Notes: generated by a model not told the origin, from the sequence alone. A stretch of 64,000 nucleotides of DNA from Azolla caroliniana (GCA_043228905.1 JBHGNT010000021.1:9176001-9240000), one strand, 5' to 3'. Positions 1 through 14,540 are shown, counted from the first letter of the stretch. Numbers and translations are program-made.

Positions 1-406
1 GGCATAGGAGACATGTGTTTGACGACTACAACCGGATGCAAGTTGTTGCTGAAGGATGTTCGACATGTTTCGGAGGTTCGACCGAACCTTATATCATCTG
101 GTCGGCTAGATGATGAAGGCTACACGTGTAGCATCTGGAACGGAGTCATGAAGTTCAGCAAGGGGAGTCTAATAGTGGCTCGGGCCCAGAAAGTCAACAC
201 ATTGTGCCTGATGAACACTCGATTATGCCGGGAAGAAGAAGTGAACCTGGCTTCCGACATTGCCGGTGAGCTGTGGCACAAAAGATTGTGTCAAATAAGT
301 GAGAAGGGGATGAAGAGGCTTACCGAAGACAACCTCATTCCGGTGAAGGACATGCAATTTGAAAAGTGCACCGATTGCTTGGCCAACAAGCAAAACTGAA
401 CCTCCT

Positions 407-848
407 TGTTGAGAAATCAAGCTCAACTTAGTTTTGTTAGTTAGTCAACCATGTAACTTCGTAGTTACCAAGATAGAATCTAGTTAGAAGTGTTGACTAT
501 AACGACTTAAATAGGACCTTGTACTTTTAAGTAGGATATTCTAGATCCTCCACTCCCAAGGTCATTTAATATAGGACTTACATGGTTGTACCTATATTCT
601 CCTCATACATGTGCACCCTTGCACATGAGATCTATATATACCTCATTGATGGTATTTTTGTATTTGATGATGTTTTATAATATACACTCTAGTTTACTCA
701 TCCCCCATCTTGTGTTGTTCATAAGTGTATTTCTCCTCTCTCTCTTCCTCTCACACACATACACACACATATCACATAATCTTCCGCACTTAACTTAATC
801 ACATAATTAGGTACGAATTAACCCTTAATTCTTACCTAATTCTTAACA
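407..848 (+). mobile_element. Solo LTR inserted in copia A integrase region
   Basis: TGTTGAGA...TCTTAACA termini; 5-bp TSD CTCCT at 402-406 and 849-853. The uninterrupted site is visible in the paralogue at ~62770. The start TGTTGAGAAATCAAGCTCAA matches the reverse-complement end of the LTRs at 15149-15604 and 20617-21071. Confidence 0.88.
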
Positions 849-2825
849 CTCCTTCCAGTCAAGACCACTGATGAGACAGAATGCACCACTAGAGCTGGTG
901 AATACCGATGTGTGACAAGTGGACACGAAGTCACATGCCGGATCGCAGTACTTCGTGACGTTCATAGATGACCACAGTCGGAAGCTGTGGGTCTCGCCGT
1001 TGAAGAGGAAGGATTAGGTGTTATCTGTCTTCAAGGAGCTCCACGCGAGAGTGGAAAGAGAAATCGGCCAGAAGCTAAAGGCGGTTCGAGCAGATAATGG
1101 AGGAGAATACAGAGGGTAGTTCAAGGAGTATTGCCGGTCGAAGGGAATCGGCTCGAATTCACTGTGCCGAAGACGCTGGAACTAAACGGGTTGGCCGAAA
1201 GGATGAACCGGACCATAATGGAGAGAGTTCGGAGCATGCTAGCACATGCAAAGTTACCCAAGATGTTTAGGGCTGAGGCGCTGATGACGGCGACCTACGT
1301 GATAAACAGATAAACCTTAGTACCCTTGGGAGGAGACTCACCTCAAAAAGTATGGACCGGTAAAGATGTGTCTTACCGGCATGTGAAGGTGTTCAGGTGT
1401 CTCACATGCGTGCATGTGGCGAAGGACAAGAGAGCAAAGCTGGATCTGAAGTCTGGGCCATGCATATTCCTTGGATACGGCGATGATGAGTTCGGTTACC
1501 GGGTGTGGGATTTGGTCGACAAGAAGGTGTTTCGGAGTCGGGACATAGTCTTCATGGAAGACAGGACCATTGCTGACTGGGAGTCAGAGAAGAAGATGAT
1601 GAACTCCAGATCATCCAATGAAAACCGGCTTGAGGACACAAGGATATACCCGGTTTAAAACCGGATGTTAGCTGGTAATCGGATGACACTTGACGAACCG
1701 ACTGGATACGGACTGGAAGCTAAACCAACCGAAGAAGAAGAAGAAGGAGAAAGCATCGGAATTGGACAAGATCCCGAATCGGATTCAGATTCGGAGTAGA
1801 CGGAGGAATCGGTAGTCAGAAGCCAAGGACGGAGATATCCTCTCCAAGAGAGAAGAGCCCCCCGGAGATTTCCGGATGTAGAGCATGTGTTGCTAATCGA
1901 TGAGGAGGAGCCGGAAAGCTTCGAAGAAGAAAAGAGAGACACCCACAGCCACAAGCGGTTGAGTGCCATGCAGGATGAGATGGATTCCCTATATCAAAAC
2001 CACACATATGAACTAACGGAGTTGCCGAAAGGGAAGAGAACACTTTGGAACAAATGGGTGTACAAGCAAACAACAAGCTATCTGGAAAGCAGAGCCTAAG
2101 GACAAAGGCAAAGAAGGCGGATATGATGAAGATACCATATGCCTCTGCCGTCAGGAGCTTGATGTACGCAATGGTGTGTACCCGGCCGGATATCGGATAT
2201 GCATGCGGAGTGGTGAGCCGTTTCATGAGCAATCCCGGAAGAGAGCACTAGAACATGGTCAAGTGGATACTCCGGTATTTGAAAGGCACCTCGAGCATGT
2301 GCCTCTGATTCGGCTCCGCTAAACCCCAACTCCACGGATTCACGGATTCAGACATGTCGGCTTATGTGGATACTAGCCGGTCCACATCCGGTTATGTCAT
2401 GACTTATGCAGGGGGAGCTGTTTGAGCTGTTTCGTGGCATTCGAGGCTACAGAAGACGGTTGCGTTGTCAACCATGGAGGCGGAGTACATGCCAGCTATA
2501 GAAGGCGGCAAGGAGATAATCTGGATGAAGGAGTTCATCGGGGAGCTAGGGATCCAACATGAGGAATACCGGCTCTACTGCGATAGTCAAAGCGCCATCC
2601 ACCTTGCAAAGAACGTGGCCTACCATTTTCGGATGAAACATATCCAACGGACATACCACTAGATATGGGAGAGAGTAGAAGATCAAGAGTTCGTGCTGAC
2701 GAAGATCCACATGGATGAGAACGGGTTGGACATGTTGACCAAGGTTTTGACAACCGACAAGCTAGACGCGTGCCGAAAGCGGATTAGACTGACAAGATAT
2801 CCCATGCCGGAGTGAAGGGGGAGAT

Positions 2826-3358
2826 TGTTGGGAAATTGGTCTCTCCGGATGGGTTTAGGTGATGAATAAAGAGGACCCAGTGAGAACCGGAAGAGATCTG
2901 GAAACCGGAGGAGACCCGGTGAGAACCGAAAGAGAAGACATATCTGTAAATATGTTTTGAGTAAGCCTATTGAGGCTATATTTGTAAATAGCCCTAAGTT
3001 CATATAAGTATAAATATGACTTAGGGCAATCACTTTGAAGTGTGTTGTTATTGTTGTTGTAATTGTTGTACAGTGAGAGCGATAGAGAGGGAGAGAGAGA
3101 TACAGAGCGATACTATGTTATAACCGCCACTTGGTGAAGAAACCGAGCTCGAGGTCGTTGCCTACGAGTCTCTGATTATACCCCTTCTCTTCATAGTGAT
3201 AGTTCGGAGTCTGTGGGCTCTCGTGGTTTTTCCCTATTAGGGTTTTCCACGTAAACATCTTGTGTTCACTCTTTAGTTTGCATTTATGTGTTCTCCATTC
3301 TCATTGAAGTGTTTAAGACTCGGTTGTGGCCGAACAATATTCTGTGTTTTTCTCAACA
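2826..3358 (+). repeat. 3' LTR of copia A
   Basis: Starts TGTTGG directly after the PPT and ends TCTCAACA; similar to the LTR at 60802-61316. Confidence 0.85.
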
Positions 3359-3664
3359 AAGACGGCTACAACCTAGCCTCCTTGGGGCGTAGCACCCAAC
3401 GCGTACTTACCGCACCGTCTTTACAAAGACGAGACACGGAAACAAGACACCAATAGACTAATGGACAGGCCACCAAGATCAGAGAAGATAAACTATATTA
3501 AAATGACACTCTCAGAATATGCTAGCTCATTACAATGGTCTCTCGCCCTTTATATACACAAGGCTTACAATCGGTAACGCTCCTTGCATACAACCGTTAC
3601 ATGCGTTACTTTAACGCTCCTAATATAATACTCTATTATCCATGCGTTATGTCCGGCGGTTACA
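3359..3664 (-). repeat. Partial LTR-like fragment, interrupted by copia A and inserted into copia B
   Basis: Ends ...GGTTACA (TGTAACC on the minus strand) abutting integrase sequence at 3665; TATA-like run near 3550; non-coding. Confidence 0.5.
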
Positions 3665-5288
3665 ATTCAGACGGACAACAAATACCAAGGGCAGTTTGAG
3701 GAGTATTACGGATCGAAGGGAATCTGGCTCGAATACACATTGCTGAAGTCACTACAACTTAACGGGTTGACCAAGAGAATGAACCGAACCATCATGGAAA
3801 GAGTTTAGAGCATGCTTGCACATGCAAAAATATCACAAACATTTTCGGTTGAGGCGCTATAGACAATTATTTATGTGATAAATAGATCAACCTCAGTACC
3901 CTTAGACGGAGATATTCTACAAAGGGTGTGGACAGGCAAAGACATCACGTACCGGCATCTAAGGGTGTTAAGCTATCTTGCCTACGTGCATATATAAAAG
4001 GACTAGAGGGGTAAATTGGTCCCAAGACTTGGCTCCGCATATTCCTAGGGTATGGCGACGATGAGTTCGGCTACCGGCTATGGGACTTAGCTAAGAAGAA
4101 GGTGATCTGGAGCAGAAACATAGTCTACATGGAGGACAAGAACATTATCGACTAGGAGAAGGAGAAGACAAGTGAATCCTCCTGACCAATCGGAAGTCAA
4201 ATATTGACTAAAGAACAAGGGGAATCGACCAGATCTGGATAGGGAGCCGGATTGGTCGAAGGTCAGTCAGGAGCCGGATTGGAGGAATCCAAACAGAGAG
4301 CCAAATTTGGAGCCGGACCAACCGGAAGATATCCGATCTGAAGAGGAAGAAGTAGTCAACTTGAACTTAGATGAAGAGCCAACCTACGAAGAGGAAGGAT
4401 CCAACGAGTCAGTTCATGTGAACAGAGGAAAAAAATACCCTCTAAGGAACAGAAGGGGCCCCCAAAGATATCTCGATAAAGAATATGTTCTACTATCGAC
4501 GAGGGGGAGCCGAAAATCTTTGATGAAGAAAGAGGGACACCCACAATAGAGAGTGGATGAGTGCCATGTAGGACGAAATAGATTCCCTGCATGAGAACCA
4601 CACATATGAGTTGGCGGAGTTTCTAAAAGGAAAGAGGGCACTCCGGAACAAGTGGGTGTATAAGCTGAAATTGGGAGATGGCAGAAATCCACCCAGATAT
4701 AAACCCCACATTGTGGTGAATGGCTTCCAATAGAAGAAGGGAATGGTTTTCGACGATTTTTTTTCCCTAGATGGAAAGATGAGATCCATCCAGATGGTGC
4801 TTAGCATTATGACCAACATGGACCTTGAAGTGGAGTAGTTGGATGTCAAGCTAGCCTTTCTTCATGGAGACCTCAAAGAAGAAATCTATATGTAGCAACA
4901 AGAAGGAGAACTTGGTATGTCGGTTGAGGAAGTGCCTTTATGGAGTAATATAGGCGCCCCAACAATGGTACCGGAAGTTTGAATCATTTATGACCAACCA
5001 AGGGTACCACAAGATGTAGGCTGATTACTGCGTGTTTGTGAAGAAGTTCAATGGAGGAGACTTCCTTGTCCTCCTCCTCTACATGGACGACATGTTGATT
5101 GTCTGATAGGAGCACACGAAGATCCAAATGCTGAAAAAGGCCTTGAGTAGGTCTACCTCAATGAAGGATATGGGTTTGGCAAGATAGATCTTGGGAATGC
5201 ACATTGTTCGGAACCGAACAAAATGATTATTATGGCTGTCACAGGAGAAGTATGTGACAAAGGTGCTCCAGAGGATTAGCATGAAAAG
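3665..5288 (+). pseudogene. Copia B: decayed Tnt1/Tork-like integrase-RT fragment
   Basis: Translates with stops and frameshifts to MNRTIMERV, RNKWVYKLK, LDVK.AFLHG and LLYMD-like motifs. Confidence 0.85.
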
Positions 5289-5410
5289 TGTTTATCCTGG
5301 GCCAAACTAGCCACAAACACATGGTGTCCTTCCGGATCACTTCACCAAAGGGGTGGTTATGGGTAGAATGTTAACCGGCACAGATGTGATTCTAATCCGA
5401 CTATTTCAGG

Positions 5411-6453
5411 TGTCGCGAAAATACAACAAGGATATGTGAACTTGAGGTAGGACCCCGGGGCCTTCGACCAGAGGATATCAGGTTCGTGCATTATGTATTA
5501 AGAATTAACGAAAATAAGAAATTTTGATATTTTTCATTACCAAAGGAAAAGAAAAATTACAATAAATCCCAAGATTGGGATTACAGAAGATTAGAATTTT
5601 TTCCAATATGATTTAGATAAGAAAATTAGGGTTTTCAGCTTTAATAAGAAAATTAGGGTTTTTGGCTTCCTTGAGAAATGGATTCGATAAAATAATTAGG
5701 GGGTTTTTTTTCTTCCAAAAGATGGCTTTGATGAGAGATGAATTCGATAAGATAATTAGGATTCTTGGCTTTGATCGAGAGATAAATTTTTCCTTTTTCT
5801 TCCCCCCGAAAAAATTACTTGCATGAAAGAACTTTAGTTTTTGCCTCTCGCTTTCCATTGCATGTGTCCCACATGGCGTTTACTTTAGTTGTAGGGCCTC
5901 CACATTCAGTTGCATGTGTCCACATGACGTTTACTTTAGTTGCATGGTCTCCACATTTAGTTGCATGCGTTCACATGACCTTTACTTTACTTTACTTTAT
6001 TTTATTTTAGTTCACCGCATGATCCGTAACGTTCGGCCCCTACATGATCCGTTTGTCTTGACCGTCGCCCATGTGATCTGTCCGGTCCGGTTCCGGTTCA
6101 GTCGCTGTTAGGAGTAATTAAGGCACATCCATCTATTCGGACAATTTAGCCCAAGGCCAACCATTTCTTCTGGGCTCTTAACACATAGATGTAAAGTAAT
6201 GAGTTTTGGCTCTGCTTATATATTGTGGGATCCTGATGTTGTCCAATCTATATGGGATATCTCATAGTTTTGTTTTTCTCTTCTTCTCAAACCTCACACT
6301 CACATAACTTGATACTTAGTTATCCATTTTCATGTGTAGTAAAATGCGTTCAGAAGCTCTTGTAGACGTCCATCTTTCTATAACAAGCCATTAAGCTAAT
6401 ATAAAATAATTATTGCATTGATTTTTACATAGTGTGTGAAGAATCAGACGACA
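5411..6453 (-). repeat. 3' LTR of the minus-strand Phygy-like element
   Basis: TGTCG...CGACA termini adjacent to the PPT; shares blocks (TTTAGTTGCATG repeats, right end) with the solo LTR at 18479-19831. Confidence 0.82.
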
Positions 6454-9377
6454 TTCGCCCCCACCAAACCTGCACATCCACCGGTATGTGCCAATTTTGG
6501 TGAGGCTCCACCTTTGTTTACTTTACTTTTTTGTCGATGCCCAAGACAGAATCGTCAAAAGCTTCGAATCTGATTTCTATTCTGTCTCTTCTCTTGAAGA
6601 TCTTGATTCTTTTCCCGGCAAGTGGTGTACCATCTAGTTCTACTAAATGATATGTTGCATTATCTTCCACTTTCTTCACCACATATGGTCCAAACCATTA
6701 TTGTGAAAATTTTCGAATTGTACTATGTTGGTTGTCTAGGCTATTGTCGTAGACAAGCACCCAATCTCCTTCAATGATTTTCCTCGGACGAAGTTGATGT
6801 CGTCTGTCGATGTCTTTCTTGTTCTTCAGCCTTGCATTCTTTAGCCGTGCTTTAGCAACTTCTATATGTTTCGACTCCCGCTCCAACTGTTGAATCCTCA
6901 ATGCTAGAAGATCTTCTCTACTTATCTCATCTTGCCATGGCAATACAAACCATGAAACAATACTTTGTTCCACTAGCATTATCGGCTTCTGTCTGAATAT
7001 GAGCTCTGCCGGCATGTATCCCATCACCGTGCTATGAGTAGTCCTGTCAACCGATAGTGCAAATGACAATAGACGTGGCCATTCTCCTATTTTCCCATGG
7101 CAAGGTTTCACTAGAGCCTTCACAATCGGTCCATGTCCATGTTCCACTTTCCCTTTCGCTTCTAGATTATACGTCATGGTAAGAGATTGATTCCCATCCT
7201 AGAGAAGAATTCTCTAGCTTCATTGGCGTCCAGCTCGCCTCTATCAGCCACTATCTTGTCGACGCATCCATATCTGCAAATAACATCTTCAAGAAGGAAT
7301 CTGCATACTGATGATGTCTCATTAGTTCTGAATGCTCGCCCTTGAACTTGATTGGTAAGATCCTCTCTCGCGAGCACAAGATACTTCATCTGCCATTGCC
7401 CCATTGTCATCATTACGATGTCCATCATCCACTTGTAATGCATAGCAACCGGGTAAGTCGGATGAAGTTCATCTCGATGGCTAACATTCGAAAACATCTA
7501 ACATTCCTTACATGTTTCCACATAAGCTGCTACATCTTTGTAGATGCCCAACCACCAATATTTACGTAGCCCATATTCCTCGATGGCCTGCAAAAACACT
7601 ATCATGAAATTCAGACATTAGTTTTTGTTGGTCTTCTAGCTTGAAAACAACTCTCATCGGAGTCCCATTCTTGGTTTTTGCATGCCTCCAAAGAGCTCCA
7701 TCCTTAAGGAAATACGTGTACGCCTTCTTCCGAATTCGGTGGAAGTCTTCCGTCGACCATGATTCATCTTTTTGGGGAGAACTCAAGTATTTCCCGATCT
7801 CCACGAATTCGCCTTCATATTCCTCTTCGATGAAAGTAGTCATCACCCGAGCGTAAGAACTTGTAAAGAAATCCAAGCCAACATCCTCTTCAACAAAATG
7901 TCGATCTTCCTGTCTGTCGTATCTTGCTCATGATAGCATGTTTGCAATGACAATACACTTCCCAACTACATGACGGATCTCCGGGTTGAGTGATTTGATA
8001 TATGCAATCCAACCCAACATGGCAATATCTGGTGTATTACAACCAGATATCATACCCAAGATTGGTAGGCAATCTATCTCAATTATGACATCTGCTCCAA
8101 TAAGGAAGAAACGATTCCCCATAGCTCCCTCTTCACTTGGGCATACCTTCTTTGCCTATCCCTTAACACTTTCGCACCAAACCAAATTGCATATCGGTTG
8201 CATTCCTCGTCTTCTTGGTTGATAACCCATCCGATTTCGGTCGGACTAGTATCCACGGTCACGAAAATGGGCTTGTCGTTTGAATAGTCCGTCTTCCGTA
8301 ATGGAAGTGCCTCCATCAATAATTTCTTCAGCCTTCGGATGGTGAAAGTATGCTCGCTCGTCCATTCGAACCTCCACTTCTTCTTTAGTAGACCGTACAA
8401 TGGCTCAGCAATGTGGGCGTAGTGTGGAATCCAAATATGATAAAACACGCATGCTCCAAGGAACCTTCGAACCTCCGTTTGGGTTACGCATTCTTCTTTC
8501 ATGTCTTGGATTGCATTCACCTTGGATGGCAAAGGCTTCCGACCGTATACTCCACACAAGTGGCCTACCACCAAGATCTCCGGTTGCCCAAATGTAGATT
8601 TTTCTCCCGAAAATTTCAAATTCGCATCTTTGAGCCTTTGCAACACCTTCTCGCAATGTTTCATATGATCCACGACGGATTTTTTGCATCCATCCTTATA
8701 TTTCCTTCTCCTCATCCGAACATTCTTTTATCGGAATATCATCCAAGAATGGCATCATGATGCCCGAGATGCAATCCTTCAAGACCTTGTTCATGGCATT
8801 CACCATATGAGCCACTGAGTTTGTTGCACCTTGAGGTAAGATACACATCCGCACAAGCCAGCCCAGTCGGAGTCCTCATGGTTGTAATGTCACGACTATC
8901 GACCACCAACTAGAATTGATCGTACCCAGAGTAGAGATCGCCAATGGAGTAGATGGACTGGCCCGCAAACGCCTCAGCAAATTCATCCACACTTGGACCG
9001 ATTCTAGCATTCCGAATTGTCACCTTGTTGACGGGTTGAAGATCTTGAATGAATCGCAACGATCCATTCTTCTTCGGCACCGTGAACCACCTATTAGAAT
9101 AAGGAGCATTCGACCTGGTAGCTTTCCTTCCACCTGGTAATGCTTGAGAGACATCCCTTCCACCTGGTAACTTTCCTTTCGTCTCTTCAATGAAGATGTG
9201 ACCTATTGTCTTTCGATTCCTTAAGCTTGGATCTTTTGCAACTTCATCTTTTGCCAGCTATCTTCCGGTAGCAGAACTGCAACTAGCTTGATCTTCCTAT
9301 TCACCGTTTTATATTTTGTGTTGACTTCAGCTTCCTCCATCAAGATGCCTCGATGATATTCATCGATGATAGTGTAC
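5411..9377 (-). mobile_element. Phygy-like Ty3/gypsy, 5'-truncated (3' LTR, INT, RNase H, RT), decayed
   Basis: Minus-strand ORF pieces are homologous to the elements at 38807-52748 (VRRFLGAC, VDTSP, KRELWG, AREDLTNQV, DWVLVYD). PPT GGTGGGGGCGAA on minus at 6454-6465. Confidence 0.9.
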
Positions 9378-10199
9378 GGGTGAAAGCATGCTATAGTGTA
9401 CCAACTTTTGGCCAAAATTTTAGTACTAATTTGATGAGGAAAGAAAAATAATCCAATATTTGGGTTAAAAAAGTTGAGGTTGTTGGTTCACAGTCCTAAG
9501 TAATGTTGTAAGGAAATCTTAACTGTAAAAGATCTTGAGTAGTCACTCAATTATGAATATAGTAAGTATGTCTCTCTCTCGCTCTCTCTCTTGGCACATA
9601 TGTTCATCTTGAATTGTCAGTTAGTCTTTCTCCCTCCCCCTCTCTCCTTCCCCCTTCTACTCGTTGATTCCCAAGGTTCGTACCTCTTGTCCCCCTCTCT
9701 GTCTCTCTTCTACCTTCTGTACAGGTCTATCTAGACTCCAAGCGCGTCAGTGCTCATCGTTCTTACCTCCTCTACCCCTCTCTATCTCTCTTCCATATGC
9801 TTTAGGCTTACCGTCACGTTCTGCTACATGTTAGGGTTTTGTTGTTGTTGTTGTTTGTGTTGTTCTCCCTTCATCATTTTAGACACTTGTACACCATATG
9901 CTTGAAATTGAGAGTGTTTTACATGCATATGTCATTTATTGCATGATTTAGAATTTGGTACATGTTGTGTATCAAGAGTTAACATTATGTTGTAGGTTTT
10001 ATCTTTGTTGTTGATGTTTTTGTCTTTCCTCCTATGTGCACTTTCAAGAGAGACTTGTACATGCATGAATCTTGTTTTTTAGCCAACTTGAAGTATGTTT
10101 AGGGTTGTTATGTCTCATTGTTGTTCTTATTATGCGTGATTTAATCATATGATGAAAAAAGACAGTTGTGATTGATCTATTGTTATTTACTATTGTTGT

Positions 10200-11255
10200 G
10201 TGTGTGAGGTGAAGAAGAGAGATAGGACTCAAATGACAAGGAAGACACCCACGAATATGAAAATGGTCAAAGAAAATGTCAACACACCATGCAAGGAAAG
10301 AAAAAGGACCCCCATCAAAGAAAGTAAGATGACCCCCACTAGAGGGAGGTTTAAGTTGTCAACATCTCAAGGCAAGAAGATGTTCACAAACATCCTTCGA
10401 GGTAGAAAGTTAGGGTGCGGATATTTCCTTCGTGCAAGACCTGACACTTATGAAGACGTAGACTCGTGGATGATCAAAACATGGGGCTCATCACAACCGG
10501 AGACAAGGAGAGGTTTTCAACTCACTCAATTGAAGAAGGATTATATCACTAAACTAAAGTCACGATATGAACAAGTTTATGATACAAAACATATCCTAAA
10601 CAATGAGGTAGGAACTGTTTTTGCACGTGCACTTGCATGTGAACTCCATCGTGGCATTGAAGTTGATTGGGAAGATTTTGCTCATCATTGATCATCACAT
10701 TATAGAGGGTCCTCAAGTACCAACACTACTATGACGTCTGAGCGTACCTCTCACATTGAAATCCCATCTAGGACATCTGTGTTGACTAAACATATTCCAA
10801 AAGAAAGAGCTACACTGATAGAAAAGCATGAACAGTGATTGTTGCGTAACATAGCTTCCATGCAAACAAGAATGCAAGCACTGCTCACCGATTTGGAAGA
10901 AGTTTGATCTAGTAAGATGGCGGCAGAGAAACAATTCACATCTATATCGAATACATACGAATGGATAACAACAACAATCCAACATTTTGAAAGCGATGTA
11001 TGGAAAGATGAGTTGAAGAAGGAGCTGACAAATATGGGCACTCAACTGGGAAAACTGAAGAAAGATCTGGAGACATGGAGGTCATCTCGTTCTGAAATTG
11101 ATGATAAGTTATTAGGCTTAAAAATTCACTCTGAGAACCTGACATGTTTGATGAAGGGTCTAAAAGATAAAGGTTTAGATCCTCTATGGCTAGAAGTAGT
11201 TGAGCATCCCACTTGCAATGAAAGTACCATTACAAGAATTACTGTATCAAGGTAA
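10200..11255 (+). pseudogene. Decayed ORF of unknown function (basic N-terminus, globular domain ending EVDWEDFA, coiled-coil-like C-terminus); probable transposon accessory gene
   Basis: ORFs 10200-10691 and 10917-11255 are one frame broken only by three TGA stops (10689, 10836, 10905), compatible with CGA>TGA. Donor-like AG/GTAAT at ~11252. Confidence 0.6.
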
Positions 11256-11609
11256 TGGTTTATATTTTTACAAGTTGACCTTCTATTGTATAAAATATCA
11301 TCGTTGCTAATATAGTGTATGTTGTTTCTCGTATTTGAAGGTTTGTATTCTGTGGCCTTGGATTCAAGTTTGAGGCCATGGATGCTATCATTACACCATG
11401 CTCGCACACATATCATTGTTTATGCGCTAAGTACCATTTTGAGAAAGAGAATATATGTTTACACTGTAAAAGTACAGTTGGTGCCGAATGGTACTTAACT
11501 TGGGGTTTGAAAGTACATTCCTATGGTATGTGATTAAGAACATATATGTAATTTTTATACTATGCTTTTATAATTTTAACATTTGGTTCTGGTCTTATAC
11601 CCATGAGTA

Positions 11610-12460
11610 TTGTTCCTTGGTGATCATTTTTACATGATTCAGTACTAACATTATTGATTACATGATATTCCTTGGTGATCAGTTGAAAATGTGAATCTTA
11701 TTTAGTACGGAGGATCTTAAATGTTTAGTTGTATAACTTGCATGTGCACTAACATTATTCATTACATTGTACTTTCTGTGTCCACTTTGCTTAGGCTCTG
11801 GATGACCAAACAAATAAGCATGAACGTCTAGGTTTTTTAGTACTAACATTGTTCATTACATGAAATATGCATGTCCAAGTGGTTGTGTAATGTGCCCTCA
11901 AGTTCCTTGTTGGAGGATTCAGTTCTAACATTACTGATTACATTGTATTCCTTGGTGATCAGTTGATTCAGTATTCATTATTTTGTACTGAATGTCTTAA
12001 TTGATTCATTGTATAACCTGTATAAGTATTAACATTGTCTATTACATTGTACATTTTGTGTCCAAGTGGTTTAGTACTGTTCTCTCAAGTTCCTTGATTG
12101 ATGTTTTAGTACTAACTTACTCATTACATTGTATCCTTTGGTGTTGAGTTGATTCAGTACTGAACGTCTTAAATGTTTAGTTGTATCACTTGTATGTGTA
12201 CTAACAAATAGGAGAACTGAACAAATAGGCTCTAGATGACCGAACAAATAGGCATGTAGGTCTTTTGTTTGGTACTGAACAAATATCGACAGCATGTCCA
12301 GATGGTTCTGTATTGCGTCCTCAAATTCCTCTTTGTTGTTTTAGTACTAATATTACTGTTACATGCATATTCCTTGGTGATCAGTTGGAACAAGACTAAT
12401 TTTTTAGTACTGAAGGTCTTAAATGTCCACTTGATTCAGTACTAATAATATTTGTAACAT
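11610..12460. repeat. Degenerate AT-rich repeat array rich in AGTACT
   Basis: About four copies of AGTACTAACATT...TTACAT...TTCCTTGGTGATCAGTTG at ~11640, 11920, 12107 and 12342, plus shorter derivatives. Confidence 0.7.
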
Positions 12461-12467
12461 TGTAGTC

Positions 12468-14003
12468 ATGTTAGAACTAATTTACAATTATAATATGAAT
12501 GTTGTAGTATCAAGCAATAGCACACCAAGGAAGGTAACTGACCAACCAGCCGCCGTGCTACTACGTACAGAGTCTGCTGCAAATTCCAAAGTCCATTGTC
12601 ATTCCTTAATGGTAATTGAAGAAATTTATGATGAAGATGAATGTATGAGAAAGGCCATTGGAATAGTTGAAGACGTGTTGCTTCAAACAAATTCTCCTAG
12701 CTCGGCTGCCCTTGACTGTGTGAACGGTAATGCTAATTGTGTGTGAACTTTTAATAATGCATTGTTGCTATACTTCTAATTTCTTATGTTTCTATCAAAG
12801 AACCTATGAAGAAGCGTAATGCTGCAGGGAAATTGTATGGAAAGGGGAAGAAATGCAGAGTTCATTGTAGTGCTGGGTCATAGATATTCTCACAGACTTT
12901 GAGAGTTGTAAAGTCAATGAGTTAGACTAAGACCACGTGCTTTTGTTGTTAGACAAGGAAGAAACGTTTAATGAAAATGGAGATACTGATTCAGAGCCAC
13001 AACATGAAGAAGAATTTATCGTCCTCACAGGTACATGTTCTGAACCCTCTTATATAATAGTTATTTTGACCATATCACCCAAGTGACAATAATGGTTTTG
13101 GTCTATTAATGTATAGAAAGTGATGTAAAATCTTTGCATGATTCAGAGCCCCAACCTGAGACTGGTACCATCCCAAGCAATAATGACGAGTGTGACACCA
13201 ATGCAAACCAGGTCTTGCAGCACATGACAAACACAATCATCTACAAAGACTCATCTTCAAAAGTTTCGGATGGAGATGTAACAGTAGGTAAACGATTGTC
13301 CCTTAATCTAGTATGTTAATTGATATGGCTAGGTTCCTTCACTTTGTAAGAATGTGAATTGATATTGTTCTTGTTATTTAGGAATAGAAGAACATGGAGA
13401 TTCAGATGATTCAGGCAGTCTATGGAGCAATCTTGATTTTTCAGACTTAGATAACACCACACATGACGAATGTGAAATCACCCAAGAGGAGGAGTTGAAG
13501 AACTTTGACAGTACCGTAAACATGGGGCAAGATTGTATCATTAAGGGGATTGTAGCTACCACCCAAGAAGAGGAACAAGATGGTACTACGAATCAGATGT
13601 CTTACAAAAACACCGCAAGTAGCCTGCACATGGAACAAGATTGTACAAAGAACTAGGTGTCTACCTTCAATCACGAGGAGTTTGCAATGAAGATGGCAAC
13701 CACCCAAGAAGAGGAACATGTTTGTACTAGGAATACCGTGTTACTGCAGAACACTAGTTCTACCGATGAAGAGCAGATTAATGCTAATACTATCGACAAG
13801 ATCTTCTTGGAAGTGTGTGCGTCTCAGGCAGTTGCAGTAGAGCACAAGGTTCCCTCAAGCTAGCCCCCCCCCCCCCCTCCGATGATGAACTACCACTCAG
13901 TAGTCTACTACCTCATGGCTTTAAGATGAAGAAGAAGAAGGGTGTGGAATCTAAGAAGAGTGTAACAGAAAATAGACGCATTACAAGATCTAGAAAAAAC
14001 TAA
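12468..14003 (+). pseudogene. Possible downstream acidic exons of the same decayed accessory gene, ending in a basic tail (KMKKKK...RRITRSRKN)
   Basis: Short D/E-rich frames separated by T-rich GT..AG intron-like segments (e.g. ~13031-13116 and ~13288-13381). Confidence 0.35.
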
Positions 14004-14540
14004 AAACAAAGTTTTTTGTATTTAGATCGTTGTTTGTAATTGATTACCATATGAGGAAGTCTTTGATTAACTGCTTCTTGACACTGTTTTGGTTTACTTA
14101 TCCTGAATTTGAACTTGATACTATTTGAGTACTCATCTTAGTGACTAATTTAGTACCAACTTGATATGCAATGTACTAACTTTGATACATATATTTGTAA
14201 GAATGTGAATTTGATACTATTTGAGGTCTCATCTTAGTAAGAATGTCACTTGTTATGCACACATATGACATTGACGCTTGTTATGGACACATATAGATAG
14301 GATATGTCTAGGTTAGTAAACACTTAGCACAGTATCAGTACTATATTTTAATGCATATGAACATGGTATGTATACTTGAACGAACCTTTGTATTAGTACT
14401 AGCAATTAACATGTTCAATCTGTTCCCTCATCTAGGTAACCACACCCTCATGAGTGTACCACACATTAGAAACATGTGTGGAATGAACACTCATATCTTA
14501 GATATCTCTAGGTTAGGAAACACTTAACACAGTTTTAGTA

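Larger units (their letters stand above)
1..3358 (+). mobile_element. Copia A: Tnt1/Tork-like Ty1/copia, 5' part outside the window, decayed; most of RT deleted near 2070
   Basis: GAG-pre-integrase (GELWHKRL), integrase (LNGLAERMNRTIMERVRSML), RT remnants (YAMVCTRPDI) and RNase H (STMEAEY, CDSQSAIHLAKN). PPT GGAGTGAAGGGGGAGA ~2809-2824, then the 3' LTR. Same family as 60802-64000. Confidence 0.93.

Noticed and set aside
5289-5410. Short TG-starting segment that may be another LTR start
   Set aside because: Only ~120 bp with no partner in the window; cannot be supported.
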